Shown: positions 1-10,118, numbered from the stretch's first letter. The stretch is 49,631 nt of DNA from an uncultured Thermococci archaeon (GCA_964595645.1 CAZQQT010000013.1:1-49631); one strand, 5' to 3'. A program made the numbers and translations. The notes: a model not told the origin generated them from the letters alone.

Positions 1-122
1 TTGTATAACGCCCTGTTAGTTGTGAAAGAGGTGATGAGAATTTAGTGCCAAACCCCATCAATCGAAAGAGTTATATATGGAAAGAAAAATTAGAATATTG
101 TATATTGGCCAAAGGAGATTAT

Positions 123-482
123 ATGAAAAAAACAAAATGGATAATAGGAGCGATGGTACTTTCGATCGTCGTAATAGCAACAAGCGTAGCGGGCGCTAGT
201 GGCTTCAAAAATTGGCAAGGGACTAACGGCCGACCACCCCCCATGGTTATTCCACCCAGCTGTTTTTGCGCAGTTTCGCACCACCAGCTGAGAGTGGTAA
301 ACGGACTGCTCGCTGAAGTAGAAGAGAAGCTTCCCGACCCAGTACCAGAAGACATTCAAGAACTCTTGAATGAAGCGCAGGTACATATCGACAATGCGAA
401 TACAACAAATGTATGTGTATACGCTAATAATGAATTGTTAAAGGCAAAAGAGATCTTAGAACAGATACTGACACAACTTTAA
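123..482 (+). CDS. Small secreted hypothetical protein (signal peptide, helical C-terminal domain)
   Basis: ATG at 123 follows a GGAG RBS; MKKTKW plus a hydrophobic stretch ending in AGA is signal-peptide-like. The ORF track start at 45 (GTG) is probably too early. Confidence 0.7.
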   Translation: MKKTKWIIGAMVLSIVVIATSVAGASGFKNWQGTNGRPPPMVIPPSCFCAVSHHQLRVVNGLLAEVEEKLPDPVPEDIQELLNEAQVHIDNANTTNVCVYANNELLKAKEILEQILTQL

Positions 483-506
483 TTTCCTTTTTCTTTTATT
501 TTTTTA
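483..506 (+). terminator. Oligo-T archaeal terminator between convergent genes
   Basis: T-rich tract tttcctttttcttttattttttt directly after the stop codon. Confidence 0.4.
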
Positions 507-510
507 ATGT

Positions 511-1908
511 TCAGGACACCGTACTATTCTTTTCTTCTATTGGCAATGTAATAACTACTTCTGTTCCCTTTTCACGTGAAACAATGTCCATTGTTCCGTT
601 AGAACTTTCAACAATCCTTTTTGAAAGGAAAATTCCCATTCCTGTACGTTTAGATAATGTTTCAAGGTTTTCAAGAAGATCTTTTCTCTTTTCTTCAGAG
701 ATACCAAGACCGTAGTCGCAGATGCACACTTCGCACATGGAATCTTTTTCTTCGATAGAAATATCTATCTGTACGGGCTCCTGGACAGTGTACTCCACAG
801 CATTTTCTAAGATATTGAAGAATGCTTCATCGAGAAAACTATTCGCGGTAACATGAATCTCAGAACTGATATCGAAGTTCAGTTTAATCTCCTGATCAAA
901 GTCTTCTTTTAGGTTATTTGCTGCCTTTTTTATACAAGTACTTATTTTAAGCGTTTTTTGTGGTTCCTTATTTATTTTTTTGAGTATTTGTATATTTTCC
1001 GCAAGTCGTTTACATTTTCTGATAGATTTTTTCATGTTTCGGATGTTCTCCTCTCGTGTTTCTGCATTCTCTGTGTGTTCCAACAGGAAAAGGTACCCCA
1101 TCATTACTTGATTGATATTTCCTATATCATGGGCGAGGACATCCGCGTAGAACTCTGCTTCTTCCTTAGCTCTTTCTTTTTGTTTTTCCGCTCTTTTACG
1201 CCCTGTGATCTCCAACGTAACTTCAACTACTCCGACAATGCCGCCATTTGCATCTCGAAATGGATACCCCCGTATAATCCAGTCTCTTCCATCAGGGGCA
1301 GTTACCTTTGCTTTCTGAGGCTGTCCTGTTTCACGGGCTTTTATGACAGGACAGTTAGGGCAGGGATCATTTCGTTGGGGCCATATCTCATAGCAATAGC
1401 GCCCCACCAGCTGCTCAGGTGTTCTCCCTACTGATTCGCCTGCAGCTCTGTTTGTCCATAAAATCCTATTCTGCATGTCCTGATACACTACATGCTCTGA
1501 CATGCTGTTCAGAATGGCCGTTTTCTCCTGTTTTGCTTTTCGTAGCTTTTCTTTCATTTGTTTGCGCTCAGTGATGTCGGTGGCAATATGGAGTATCTTC
1601 TCGAGATCGCCGTTCTCATCTACTACGGGTGTACAGGAGACAAGGTACGTACCAGCTAGTGCTTCCACCTCCATATCCTCTGTTTCCAGCGACTTGCTCT
1701 TCAGTAATTTTTTCATCGGGCACCCTTCTGCCGGCTTTTTGGTTCTATGGAACACCTCATAGCACTTTTTCCCTCGTAGTTTCTCCCTCGAGACGCCAAC
1801 GGCTTCAACCGTCGCTTTATTCGCATCTACAATAGTATGATCTGGAGTAAGAATTAGGACGGAATGGCCGATAGCTTGAAAGAGATCCTCCTTCTCTTTT
1901 TCTCTCAT
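511..1908 (-). CDS. Cytoplasmic PAS-PAS sensor histidine kinase
   Basis: Two PAS/PAC domains (GKKCYEVF..C..CP and GRYCYEIW..C..CP; DITERK), H-box LAHDIGN, N-box NILENAVEY, G1 DYGLGI, G2 GMGIFLS. Confidence 0.93.
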   Translation of the reverse strand: MREKEKEDLFQAIGHSVLILTPDHTIVDANKATVEAVGVSREKLRGKKCYEVFHRTKKPAEGCPMKKLLKSKSLETEDMEVEALAGTYLVSCTPVVDENGDLEKILHIATDITERKQMKEKLRKAKQEKTAILNSMSEHVVYQDMQNRILWTNRAAGESVGRTPEQLVGRYCYEIWPQRNDPCPNCPVIKARETGQPQKAKVTAPDGRDWIIRGYPFRDANGGIVGVVEVTLEITGRKRAEKQKERAKEEAEFYADVLAHDIGNINQVMMGYLFLLEHTENAETREENIRNMKKSIRKCKRLAENIQILKKINKEPQKTLKISTCIKKAANNLKEDFDQEIKLNFDISSEIHVTANSFLDEAFFNILENAVEYTVQEPVQIDISIEEKDSMCEVCICDYGLGISEEKRKDLLENLETLSKRTGMGIFLSKRIVESSNGTMDIVSREKGTEVVITLPIEEKNSTVS

Positions 1909-2002
1909 TTATGCTCATTATAATTTTTTTCTATGTATACTTAAAGTTTTCGGAATGGTAATTAAAGGAATAGATGAGAGTATCAAAACTAAAAAAGGAC
2001 CA

Positions 2003-2950
2003 CTATTTCAGTTTCTCTGAAAGTTTCTCCAACATATCCTCCGTCATGGCAGGAAGATCGTACTCAGGTTCCCATCCCCATTCCTCCCGTGCCGCAGAGT
2101 CATCGAGAGATTTGGGCCATGAATCTGCGATCTCCTGCCGAGAATCAGGTTCAAATCTACAGGTGAACTCGGGAATATGCTCTTTAATCGATTGAGCAAG
2201 TTCTTTGGCTGAAAAACTCATCGCCCCAACATTAAAATCACAATGATGCTTCAGATTGGAGATGTCTGTCTCAGCTAAGTCTATCAGTGCTTTAATTGCA
2301 TCGGGCATGTACATAAACGGAAGTACTGTATCCTCACGTACAAAACACGTATATTCTCCATTTTTTATTGCTTCATAATATATTTCAACTGCGTAATCTG
2401 TGGTCCCCCCACCTGGTAATGTCTTGTGGCTGATAATTCCCGGAAACCGCACACCCCGCACATCCAATCCGAACTTAGAAAAGTAGTAGTTGCCAAGAAG
2501 TTCTCCCGTCACCTTCGTGATACCATACATTGTTGTGGGACGGAGAACCGTCTCATTCGGTGTGTTCTCTCTGGGTGTCTCCGGACCGAAAGCTGCGATA
2601 GAACTGGGTACAATAATCCTTTCAAGTTCGTGTTCCCTCCCCACCTCAAGCACATTGTACAATCCTAGTATATTCACTTTGAAGGCAAGCTGTGGGTTCT
2701 CCTCACCTACTGCAGAGAGAATTGCTGCCATATGGAAGATAGTATCGATGTCATACTCTTCAACAACGCGCTCCATCGTATCTCGTTCAAGTACATCGAG
2801 CTGCTCAAATGGCTCTATATTCGATGTATCGTCCTCAGGATCTTTGATATCGGACGCAATGACATTATCTCTTCCGTGTTTCTCTCGAAGTGTATCAATT
2901 AACTCTGAACCTATCTGGCCGCAGGCGCCTGTCACAAGAATATTTTTCAT
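2003..2950 (-). CDS. tdh: L-threonine 3-dehydrogenase (SDR/epimerase type)
   Basis: TGACGQIG Rossmann motif, LSAVGE, YGITK, PGGGTTDYAV and IADSWP motifs typical of SDR-type Tdh. Confidence 0.85.
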   Translation of the reverse strand: MKNILVTGACGQIGSELIDTLREKHGRDNVIASDIKDPEDDTSNIEPFEQLDVLERDTMERVVEEYDIDTIFHMAAILSAVGEENPQLAFKVNILGLYNVLEVGREHELERIIVPSSIAAFGPETPRENTPNETVLRPTTMYGITKVTGELLGNYYFSKFGLDVRGVRFPGIISHKTLPGGGTTDYAVEIYYEAIKNGEYTCFVREDTVLPFMYMPDAIKALIDLAETDISNLKHHCDFNVGAMSFSAKELAQSIKEHIPEFTCRFEPDSRQEIADSWPKSLDDSAAREEWGWEPEYDLPAMTEDMLEKLSEKLK

Positions 2951-3001
2951 GATAGATTCTCCTGGGGATACTACCCCATACTTATTGCAGAATCATCATT
3001 T

Positions 3002-4096
3002 TTATACTTTTTCGGTTTTTTTCTCAATATGAATATTCTTTTTTTCCAGCTCACGTAGGTACTGCTTTTCGGATACCAGTTCTGGGATTATGATCTCCTG
3101 TGGTATCGCTCCTGCCACGTGATGATCAGTGATAAGTCTAGCCGAGAGCGCCGCAGGATACGCCGTAGTCCTGGCCATGGCGGTAAACTCTTTTTCGTAA
3201 TCTATCAATTCGTATATCGTTTTTTTCTCCCCTTCTGCCGTCACTCTGAGAAGCACCATATCCTCGCTTTCGTAACTGAGGTTTTGGGAGAGCAGCTGTA
3301 TCAACACCTTTCTCGGGACCACTTCCCGTCCATCGACATCGATTGCTTCCGTATCGGCAAATCCTAGATCCAGCAGCGGTTTTATTACATCCCGATGTCC
3401 GGGAAATCGTATTGTTTTATAATCGAGATACTCCAGTTGACGTTCAAATGTTTTGGGAAGTGTAGACGTTCCTCCAGAGGTGTAAAAAGCTTCATACGTC
3501 GTTTTTCCGAAAGAGAGTTTCTCCAATCCTGTCATCGGATCTACATATGTAATTTTTCCCTTTTTCAGTATCCTCACAGGCTCTACGTATTCATTTATCA
3601 ATCCCTCTGGAGAAAAAACAATTTTATATTTCAATATTCCCTGTGGATTCTGCGGTAGACCGCCGACTCGTATTCGTAGCTCTCTACAATCCTCTGAATA
3701 CGCAAAAGAAGCTAGAATGTCTGCCAGCCCGGGGGCAAGTCCACAGTCGGGAAGAATTGCTATTTCGTTCTTTTCAGTCTCTTCGTGAAGCGCCAGCTCT
3801 TTATCTACAATCGTATCATTACCGCCGAGATCACAGAAGCTGGTACCGGCCTTCAGTGCCTTCTTCGCGAGTTCATAGTTAAACCTGTACGGTACTGCAC
3901 CGATGGCACAGTCGTATCCCCTCATTATGTCCACAATCGCATTATCCTCAATATTCTTTTTATATGTCTTGTATCCAACACTTGCAGCCTTGTTCAGTAC
4001 GTCTTCATTGGAATCGACCACGCCCACATCATATTTGTGAAGATAATCGGCTATCGCCTCCCCCATTTTGCCAAATCCTAGAACAAGAAACTTCAT
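3002..4096 (-). CDS. Saccharopine dehydrogenase family / lysine 6-dehydrogenase-like oxidoreductase
   Basis: GFGKMG, DCGLAPGL, VGGLP, GLINEY, YKTIRFPGH, AMARTTAYP. Confidence 0.85.
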   Translation of the reverse strand: MKFLVLGFGKMGEAIADYLHKYDVGVVDSNEDVLNKAASVGYKTYKKNIEDNAIVDIMRGYDCAIGAVPYRFNYELAKKALKAGTSFCDLGGNDTIVDKELALHEETEKNEIAILPDCGLAPGLADILASFAYSEDCRELRIRVGGLPQNPQGILKYKIVFSPEGLINEYVEPVRILKKGKITYVDPMTGLEKLSFGKTTYEAFYTSGGTSTLPKTFERQLEYLDYKTIRFPGHRDVIKPLLDLGFADTEAIDVDGREVVPRKVLIQLLSQNLSYESEDMVLLRVTAEGEKKTIYELIDYEKEFTAMARTTAYPAALSARLITDHHVAGAIPQEIIIPELVSEKQYLRELEKKNIHIEKKTEKV

Positions 4097-5172
4097 CGGG
4101 ATGTGCCTTCCATCAACTCTTCTATAACATCCTGTTTATCTTTGAAATAGTTTCTGCATGGTTCGAGCAGAGAGATCAGTTCCGCTGCTACAGCCTTCTT
4201 GAGATCCAGTGGATGAAGATCCCCCTCTCTAAATGCATTTTTTACTTCATCATAACACCAGTAAGTGACATCTCCTCCAAACTTTTCTGGTCTAGATACT
4301 GTAAACTCCCTCTCCTCACCTCTGAAGAGTGCATACTTCGCTATCTCAAGGATCGGATTGTTCTCCACGATCTTCGCGGGACAGTACGCATCATTCACCT
4401 TCTCCTTTATCTCTTCCTCTGAATCGTGGACAAAAATATTCGATTTTGGCGTTGATTTGCTCATTTTTGAACTTATTGCAATATCTTCCTCTTCTTTTTC
4501 TTCAAATCCATCTTTTTTGGGGCTGGTAAGTCCCATAAGTAGGTGGTAGTGAACACAGCAGGGCTTTTTCACATTCAAGTTTCCACTCACCTCTCTGGCA
4601 AGCATGTGTGCCTTTCGCTGGTCCATTCCTGCACAGGCAATATCGAGTTCCATCTGAAAAATATCGGAGGCCTGCATGGCAGGGTAAAGGTACTGGGCAA
4701 CATCCTGCAGTTCTCCTTCTTTTCTTCCCATGATAGTGAGACATCGGGTCATCCGCGCGGTGGTGGTATTTTTCGTGATCCGTATTATCTTCTCCCAGTA
4801 GGAGAGATCATCCAACAGCTCAGACGCCCAGAGATACGTCACCTTCTTCTCATCCACGCCCAGAGAGGTCCACACATCCTTAAGATACTCTCCAGACTTT
4901 CTGATGAGGTCCATATCTCCTCCCATTTTCTCATTTATCCAGGCGTGCCAATCGGCAAGATAAAAAATAAAATCCACGCCTGCGTTTATCATATCGATCG
5001 TTTTCATTGCAGCTAAAAGACCTGTACCTAGATGTGCCAGCCCCGAAGGCTCGAATCCTTGGTATGCGCGGGGCGAATCATTTGTTTCAAAGATTTCTCG
5101 GAGCTCTTCATCGGTCACTACTTCTTCTGTAGGTAACCGTGTTGCCAGTTCTATCTTCTTCTCTGTGTCCAT
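4093..5172 (-). CDS. tyrS: Tyrosine--tRNA ligase (archaeal type)
   Basis: AYQGFEPSG..HLG, ADWHAWIN, YPAMQASD, GMDQRKAH, KMSKS, LHPLDLK. Confidence 0.95.
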   Translation of the reverse strand: MDTEKKIELATRLPTEEVVTDEELREIFETNDSPRAYQGFEPSGLAHLGTGLLAAMKTIDMINAGVDFIFYLADWHAWINEKMGGDMDLIRKSGEYLKDVWTSLGVDEKKVTYLWASELLDDLSYWEKIIRITKNTTTARMTRCLTIMGRKEGELQDVAQYLYPAMQASDIFQMELDIACAGMDQRKAHMLAREVSGNLNVKKPCCVHYHLLMGLTSPKKDGFEEKEEEDIAISSKMSKSTPKSNIFVHDSEEEIKEKVNDAYCPAKIVENNPILEIAKYALFRGEEREFTVSRPEKFGGDVTYWCYDEVKNAFREGDLHPLDLKKAVAAELISLLEPCRNYFKDKQDVIEELMEGTSR

Positions 5173-6196
5173 AGTCCCACCATATATTAAGCCTATTTCC
5201 TTTCCGAATCGCCTTGTACTCTTTCTTCACTGTGATATTTATATCTTCCGGCAACTCATTCTGTGGTATGTACTGTGTCTCATATCGCTCAAGTGACATG
5301 ATCTGGATCTTTTCCGGTGTAATTTCCGTCACCATCACATCAACAACCTTTGGCTTTTCTAGGATGGTAAATTCATCCTCCTCAATGTCTCTCCACTGAA
5401 AATGCTTTTTCTCACCTGAGAGGGTTCTCAAGTGAAGCGAGTCCTTCGCATCCTCCACAACAAATAGCTCTCCTTGCCGCTCGACAATCATTCCCTCTTT
5501 GTACTGTGGGAGCCTGAGTACGGAGATCGTTCGATATTTTTCTTCCCCTATACGTTCAAAACTTCTTTTTATACTCCCCCCATACCGTGATTTCAGGCGT
5601 TTTAAAGAGATTTTTGCTGCTTTTTTTGTAATAAAGTAAATATCAATGCCTTCTTTTCTGTTGGTAAGTTTTGATACCTCTTCACTTTCGTGCGTGCCCT
5701 CGATGATTCTCACCATGTCCTCTCGCTCCTCCTTCGTTAGTTCGGTGTTCTCTCTTCGAATCTGGAGTACAGCCTCGTAGTATCCTCCTCTGATCTTGGC
5801 ACACCGCGGACATGTGGTGTAATTGAGATGAATTTCTGATGTCAGTTCTTCTCGTATCTTAAACTCGTGCACAGTAAGAAGTTCTATATCGAGATCGATC
5901 TTTTCTTCTGTACGAAAGAACTCTATCCGTATTTGATCCTCATTCTTCTCGTCCTTTATCTTTTTTACTATCTCAAACATTTTTTTTGGCTCTAAATAGT
6001 AAAAAACAGCCTTCTGAATGATATCATGTACCGTGCCGTGTTCCCACCCACCCAGATAAAACCTTCCACAGTGTTTACATACCTGGATATCAATTCTCCT
6101 TTTGATAGAAAAGGGAGATTTTTCCTTTGAGAAACAGGATTCACACATTCCCTCTTTCACTCTATCCGTCTCTTTACCGCAGATACAGCATCTCAT
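5108..6196 (-). CDS. nmd3: Nmd3 family ribosome biogenesis protein
   Basis: CxxC pairs (CCICG, CESC, CKHCG, CPRC) and GGYYEAVLQIR motif; C-terminal OB-like region. Confidence 0.88.
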   Translation of the reverse strand: MRCCICGKETDRVKEGMCESCFSKEKSPFSIKRRIDIQVCKHCGRFYLGGWEHGTVHDIIQKAVFYYLEPKKMFEIVKKIKDEKNEDQIRIEFFRTEEKIDLDIELLTVHEFKIREELTSEIHLNYTTCPRCAKIRGGYYEAVLQIRRENTELTKEEREDMVRIIEGTHESEEVSKLTNRKEGIDIYFITKKAAKISLKRLKSRYGGSIKRSFERIGEEKYRTISVLRLPQYKEGMIVERQGELFVVEDAKDSLHLRTLSGEKKHFQWRDIEEDEFTILEKPKVVDVMVTEITPEKIQIMSLERYETQYIPQNELPEDINITVKKEYKAIRKGNRLNIWWDYGHREEDRTGNTVTYRRSSDR

Positions 6197-6489
6197 ACCT
6201 TCACCATCTGAGCGTGGACTGTGTCTCCCACGCGCAGCACCTTATCCTTCTCTATATACCCCCACTCTATGCACTTTTCAACAACCGCAGTTCCTACGAG
6301 GTTCAGCACCGTCGCTCTTTCCAATGTTGATTTGATATCTTCCAATTTTTCTCTGTTCCCTCTGTAGAAGCTCTCTTTCACTTCAAAATCAATATCGCCA
6401 AAGGAAAATGTCTTTCCAAGGATATCCTCATCGCACACAGCTATCAGCACATCTCCAGCTGTTTCGTATACTTTTATATACACATCCAT
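6193..6489 (-). CDS. DUF424 family protein
   Basis: LIAVCDEDILGK, FYRG, NLVG..VV motifs; usual neighbour of aIF-2beta. Confidence 0.85.
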   Translation of the reverse strand: MDVYIKVYETAGDVLIAVCDEDILGKTFSFGDIDFEVKESFYRGNREKLEDIKSTLERATVLNLVGTAVVEKCIEWGYIEKDKVLRVGDTVHAQMVKV

Positions 6490-6497
6490 CTAATTCC

Positions 6498-6908
6498 CTA
6501 AATACGTTTAATGGGGTGTCTGGCACCACAGGCGCCGCACTTGAGGAGGTACACTCTCTCTTCCTTTATTATTTCGGTATCGGGTCTTTCACACTCTGAA
6601 CAAAGCACGTAATCCTTAGTGTACTGTTGTATTTTCGAATTAATGATTCTCGTTTTAAATTTACCCTGGAACTCTGCCTTGTTGTCCATAATCTCACCTG
6701 ATGTTGCTAGTTCTTTTAATAAAAATTTCATCAAATGGTCTGGATCTCTGCCGAGTTGTGTGGCTATTTCGTTGAAGTTCCGGATCAATGTTCTGCTTCC
6801 TGAGACAACAACATCAGCTTCAGGTATCTCAAACCGTCCATCCTTCAGTACATCTTCTGGGAGGTTTTTCCATGCCCTCTCTAACAAATTCTGGTAATTC
6901 TCATCCAT
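6498..6908 (-). CDS. eif2b: Translation initiation factor aIF-2 subunit beta
   Basis: RFEIP, NF.EIA..L.RDP.HL.KFLLKELAT, YVLCSEC..PDT, CGACGA. Confidence 0.96.
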   Translation of the reverse strand: MDENYQNLLERAWKNLPEDVLKDGRFEIPEADVVVSGSRTLIRNFNEIATQLGRDPDHLMKFLLKELATSGEIMDNKAEFQGKFKTRIINSKIQQYTKDYVLCSECERPDTEIIKEERVYLLKCGACGARHPIKRI

Positions 6909-6946
6909 AAGATCACCTTTTTAATCTAATTTTCACAGTAATAATT

Positions 6947-8005
6947 ATGTATAGTCTATGTAAAACCTGTTTAAAAAGACTTGGTTTGAAGGGCGAAACA
7001 GGGGGGTGTGAGTTATGTGGTAATATCTTTGAAAAAATTAATAATCTTACTGACTTTGCGTATAACGCAGAGTTTTCAGACTTTAATATCGGTATAAAAC
7101 TTAGTTCTGAAATGGAAGAAAAAGAAAAAGAAATCATGAGAAGGTACAATCTCTCTGGGGAAAAAACGTTGAAACGAGAGTTGCTCTCCCTTCTTCGGGA
7201 GGAATTGAAAAAGAAATTTGAGAAAGAAATAGAATTTGAAAATCCTGACGTCATATTCATCTTCGATCTTGAAACGGAGGAGGTAATACCCAAAACACAA
7301 TCCCTTTACATAAAGGGGAGGTATAATAAATATATTAGGGGGATTCCTCAAACGAAATGGCACTGTAAGAAATGTCGAGGGAGGGGATGTCCCCATTGTA
7401 GCTTCACAGGGAAGATGTACGAGACGAGTGTGGAGGAGATCATTGGGGGGGTAGTATTGAAGTATGCAGAGGGGGAGGATGAAAAATTCCATGGTGCTGG
7501 AAGAGAGGACATCGATGCAAAGATGCTCGGAGATGGGAGGCCATTCGTGATCGAGATTGTAAATCCAAAGGTGAGAACGCTGGATCTTGAAGAGATTATG
7601 TCGAGGATAAACGAAGACGATAGGATTGGAGTTCGGGAACTGGAGTACACAGACAAGAAAGAAATTGTGCAATTGAAACAGGGGAGCTTTGATAAAACGT
7701 ATCTTGCCTATCTAAACACAGAAATCACCGATGACGAACTCGCAAAACTCAAAGAACTTTATGAAATCCATCAGAAAACGCCACAGCGGGTACTCCACAG
7801 GAGGGCGGATAAGACGAGAATCAGAAAAGTTTATAAAGTAGAGAGGAAAAACACTAACTGTCTAAAGATCTGCTGTGAAAGCGGACTTTACATAAAAGAA
7901 TTGATTTCAGGGGACGATGGAAGAACAGTACCCAGTGTGTCTTCTGTCCTCGAAAAAGATGTGAAGTGTATAGCTTTGGATGTAGTAAAAATCCACGATA
8001 GGTGA
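6947..8005 (+). CDS. pus10: tRNA pseudouridine(54/55) synthase Pus10
   Basis: GRYNK..RGIPQTKW, FHGAGREDID, GRPFVIE, QKTPQRVLHRRAD, GLYIKELISGD.GRT.PS. Confidence 0.95.
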   Translation: MYSLCKTCLKRLGLKGETGGCELCGNIFEKINNLTDFAYNAEFSDFNIGIKLSSEMEEKEKEIMRRYNLSGEKTLKRELLSLLREELKKKFEKEIEFENPDVIFIFDLETEEVIPKTQSLYIKGRYNKYIRGIPQTKWHCKKCRGRGCPHCSFTGKMYETSVEEIIGGVVLKYAEGEDEKFHGAGREDIDAKMLGDGRPFVIEIVNPKVRTLDLEEIMSRINEDDRIGVRELEYTDKKEIVQLKQGSFDKTYLAYLNTEITDDELAKLKELYEIHQKTPQRVLHRRADKTRIRKVYKVERKNTNCLKICCESGLYIKELISGDDGRTVPSVSSVLEKDVKCIALDVVKIHDR

Positions 8006-8009
8006 GAGT

Positions 8010-8303
8010 ATGGAACGATCAAGAGGTTTCAGATCAAAAAGCAGAGGAAAGCTTACAAAAAGATACAGAGATAAAGATTTAAACATTATTTCGCGACTTT
8101 TAGTAAACTACAAAGAGGGAGACAAGGTACATATAGTACTGGAGCCCTCTATACAAAAAGGTATGCCACACCCCCGTTTCCATGGGACAACAGGAACAGT
8201 TATTGGTAAAAGAGGGAGTTCGTATCTCGTGAAAATTAGGGACAAAAATAGAGAAAAAACGATCATCGTCCGACCAGAGCATCTCAAAAAGCAGGAGATA
8301 TAA
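8010..8303 (+). CDS. rpl21e: 50S ribosomal protein L21e
   Basis: SRGFRSKSR, GDKVHI, KGMPHPRFHG.TG, RPEHL. Confidence 0.97.
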   Translation: MERSRGFRSKSRGKLTKRYRDKDLNIISRLLVNYKEGDKVHIVLEPSIQKGMPHPRFHGTTGTVIGKRGSSYLVKIRDKNREKTIIVRPEHLKKQEI

Positions 8304-8304
8304 T

Positions 8305-8637
8305 ATGTTGGGCAAAAAGAAGCTCGATGAGAAAATGCTGACACTTCCAGAAGTAAAGGCGATCTTGGAAAAACGGCAAGAGGGGGATGAACTACTGTAT
8401 GAACAGGGGATCGCCCTGGATCACCTTATGAAGTTCTGCAAACTCGACATTGAACAGGCTCAAAAATTGAGAGAAGAACTTGTCGAGAATGACGTGCCAG
8501 CCGGAATCGCTATAAAAATAACAAATATACTGCCCAAGGACAGACACGACCTTGAGGTAATATTCGCAAAGAAACGACATGTGCTGGATGACGAGAGGGC
8601 AGAAAAAATCCTGGAGATTGTAAAAAAATACGAGTGA
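8305..8637 (+). CDS. rpoF: RNA polymerase subunit Rpo4 (RpoF)
   Basis: TLPEVK.IL, YEQ..AL.HL.KF, AIKI.NILP; conserved position after rpl21e. Confidence 0.92.
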   Translation: MLGKKKLDEKMLTLPEVKAILEKRQEGDELLYEQGIALDHLMKFCKLDIEQAQKLREELVENDVPAGIAIKITNILPKDRHDLEVIFAKKRHVLDDERAEKILEIVKKYE

Positions 8638-8641
8638 TATC

Positions 8642-9205
8642 ATGGCAAAACTCTATGAAAGTTACGCATACGTACTTGATTATCTCTCTGAAGGATATCC
8701 TTCCGAGAGGATGTCTCGATCAAAAAAATCACCGGTTGGTCAGGTTCTTGGAGAAAGCTACTTTTCACTTTTAGAGGTTGCCCCAAAGGAAAGGATGGAG
8801 ATCCACGAACGCGTATTCGTCGGAAAGGGTGAGAGAAAGAAAGTAAGCCATATCAAAAAGAGGCTCTCCTATGATGAAATTACCTCAACGGCAAAAGCAG
8901 AGATGCCATATCTTGTGGAAGAGATCGTAAAGAAAAATGAAGAGCGCTTTGTGAAGTTCTTTAACGATGCGAAGCCCATATCCATACGATTTCATCAATT
9001 GGAACTTCTTCCAGGAGTTGGAAAGAAATTGATGCAATCGATACTGAAAGAAAGAAAAAAAGAAAAATTCAAAAGTTTTAAAGAGATAGATGAACGTGTT
9101 CCATCCATGCCAGATCCTACCGGCATGATTACAAAAAGAGTTGTCAATGAAATAAAGGGGAAGGATAGATATACTGTGTTTGCCCTCCTGAGAAAAAAAG
9201 AATGA
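8642..9205 (+). CDS. DUF655 family putative RNA-binding protein
   Basis: YAYVLDYL, FSLLE, FVKFFN.A.PI..R.HQLELLPG.GKK; conserved position after rpoF. Confidence 0.92.
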   Translation: MAKLYESYAYVLDYLSEGYPSERMSRSKKSPVGQVLGESYFSLLEVAPKERMEIHERVFVGKGERKKVSHIKKRLSYDEITSTAKAEMPYLVEEIVKKNEERFVKFFNDAKPISIRFHQLELLPGVGKKLMQSILKERKKEKFKSFKEIDERVPSMPDPTGMITKRVVNEIKGKDRYTVFALLRKKE

Positions 9206-9217
9206 ACACTCGCTTTT

Positions 9218-9574
9218 TTAGTATCTACCCATTCCAAGTTCTTTTTCAGAGATATTATTTTTCTCATTTACTTTGATTTCTTCATCTACTTCTTTTATTT
9301 CGCCGTACCTCCCGGAATTTAGGCGTAACGACCCTTTGAAAACATTTGTGTAACCATTCTCTAGTTTGTATGTGTTTCCTTCTTCTACTGTTTCTATGTC
9401 ATCATCCCAGAGTGTCATGATTACTGTACCTGTTTCATCTCCCACAGTAGCTTCTACCAGTCTGTGCTCAGACCCATCCCTTCGGGAAGTGACCGTCCGT
9501 TCTTCCCCCAAAGATACAACCCTAAACACTAAATCCACCTTTCTACTTCTTGGTCCCAGTTCTTCAACTTTCAT
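9218..9574 (-). CDS. ssb: Single-OB-fold single-stranded DNA-binding protein
   Basis: VGDETG....TLW, NGY...FKG.LRLN.GRYG as in crenarchaeal-type SSB. Confidence 0.88.
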   Translation of the reverse strand: MKVEELGPRSRKVDLVFRVVSLGEERTVTSRRDGSEHRLVEATVGDETGTVIMTLWDDDIETVEEGNTYKLENGYTNVFKGSLRLNSGRYGEIKEVDEEIKVNEKNNISEKELGMGRY

Positions 9575-9752
9575 AGTCTATTTCCTCCATAAAATATTGC
9601 ATTTGAATCCTATCATGACAAATATAAAAATGTTTTCTTTCTCATGATTCCTCTGTTAATATCTTGTTTGAGGAAAAAAGTATGAACAATCAGGTGATAA
9701 ATGCATTTTAGAAGGGTAAGGTATTTAAAGTAGGGGCTCTTACACTCCACTA

Positions 9753-9842
9753 GCAAAAGGCTGAAGAATGGATGCTCTAGTACGTTCATTTGGTTCAGTC
9801 CTTTTGTAAAAGTTCGGGCATAATGCCCGAGGAGTTGAAAAA
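9753..9842 (+). promoter_or_regulatory. Structured 5' UTR of the cold-shock gene (two hairpins)
   Basis: Stem caaaaggctgaa/ttcagtccttttg with inner aatggatg/cgttcatt; perfect stem tcgggca-taa-tgcccga next to the GGAG RBS; TATA-like tttaaa at about 9724. Confidence 0.55.
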
Positions 9843-10034
9843 ATGAAAGGAACAGTAAAATGGTACAACCCAAGAAGAGGATATGGGTTCATCGACGGTG
9901 AAGGTGAAGAAGATGTCTTTGTTCACCGATCTGCCGTGCCCGATGGAATCTTCCTCAATGAAGGGGACGAAGTTGAGTTTGAAGTTGAAGAATCAGAAAA
10001 AGGACCGAAAGCGGCAAATCTTAGAAAGTTGTAA
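9843..10034 (+). CDS. cspA: Cold-shock protein (CspA family)
   Basis: KGTVKWY...GYGFI, DVFVH.S, GPKA.N. Confidence 0.95.
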   Translation: MKGTVKWYNPRRGYGFIDGEGEEDVFVHRSAVPDGIFLNEGDEVEFEVEESEKGPKAANLRKL

Positions 10035-10118
10035 AGCACTCTATTATAAGAGGACGTGTTAAAACTTTCTCATTTTTCTCTTTTTATTTAATTTTATTTA
10101 TATTCGATAAATAAAGAA

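Noticed and set aside
8642-9574. Absence of ksgA/rsmA after DUF655
   Set aside because: A simple rearrangement explains it; the gene may lie elsewhere in the genome.
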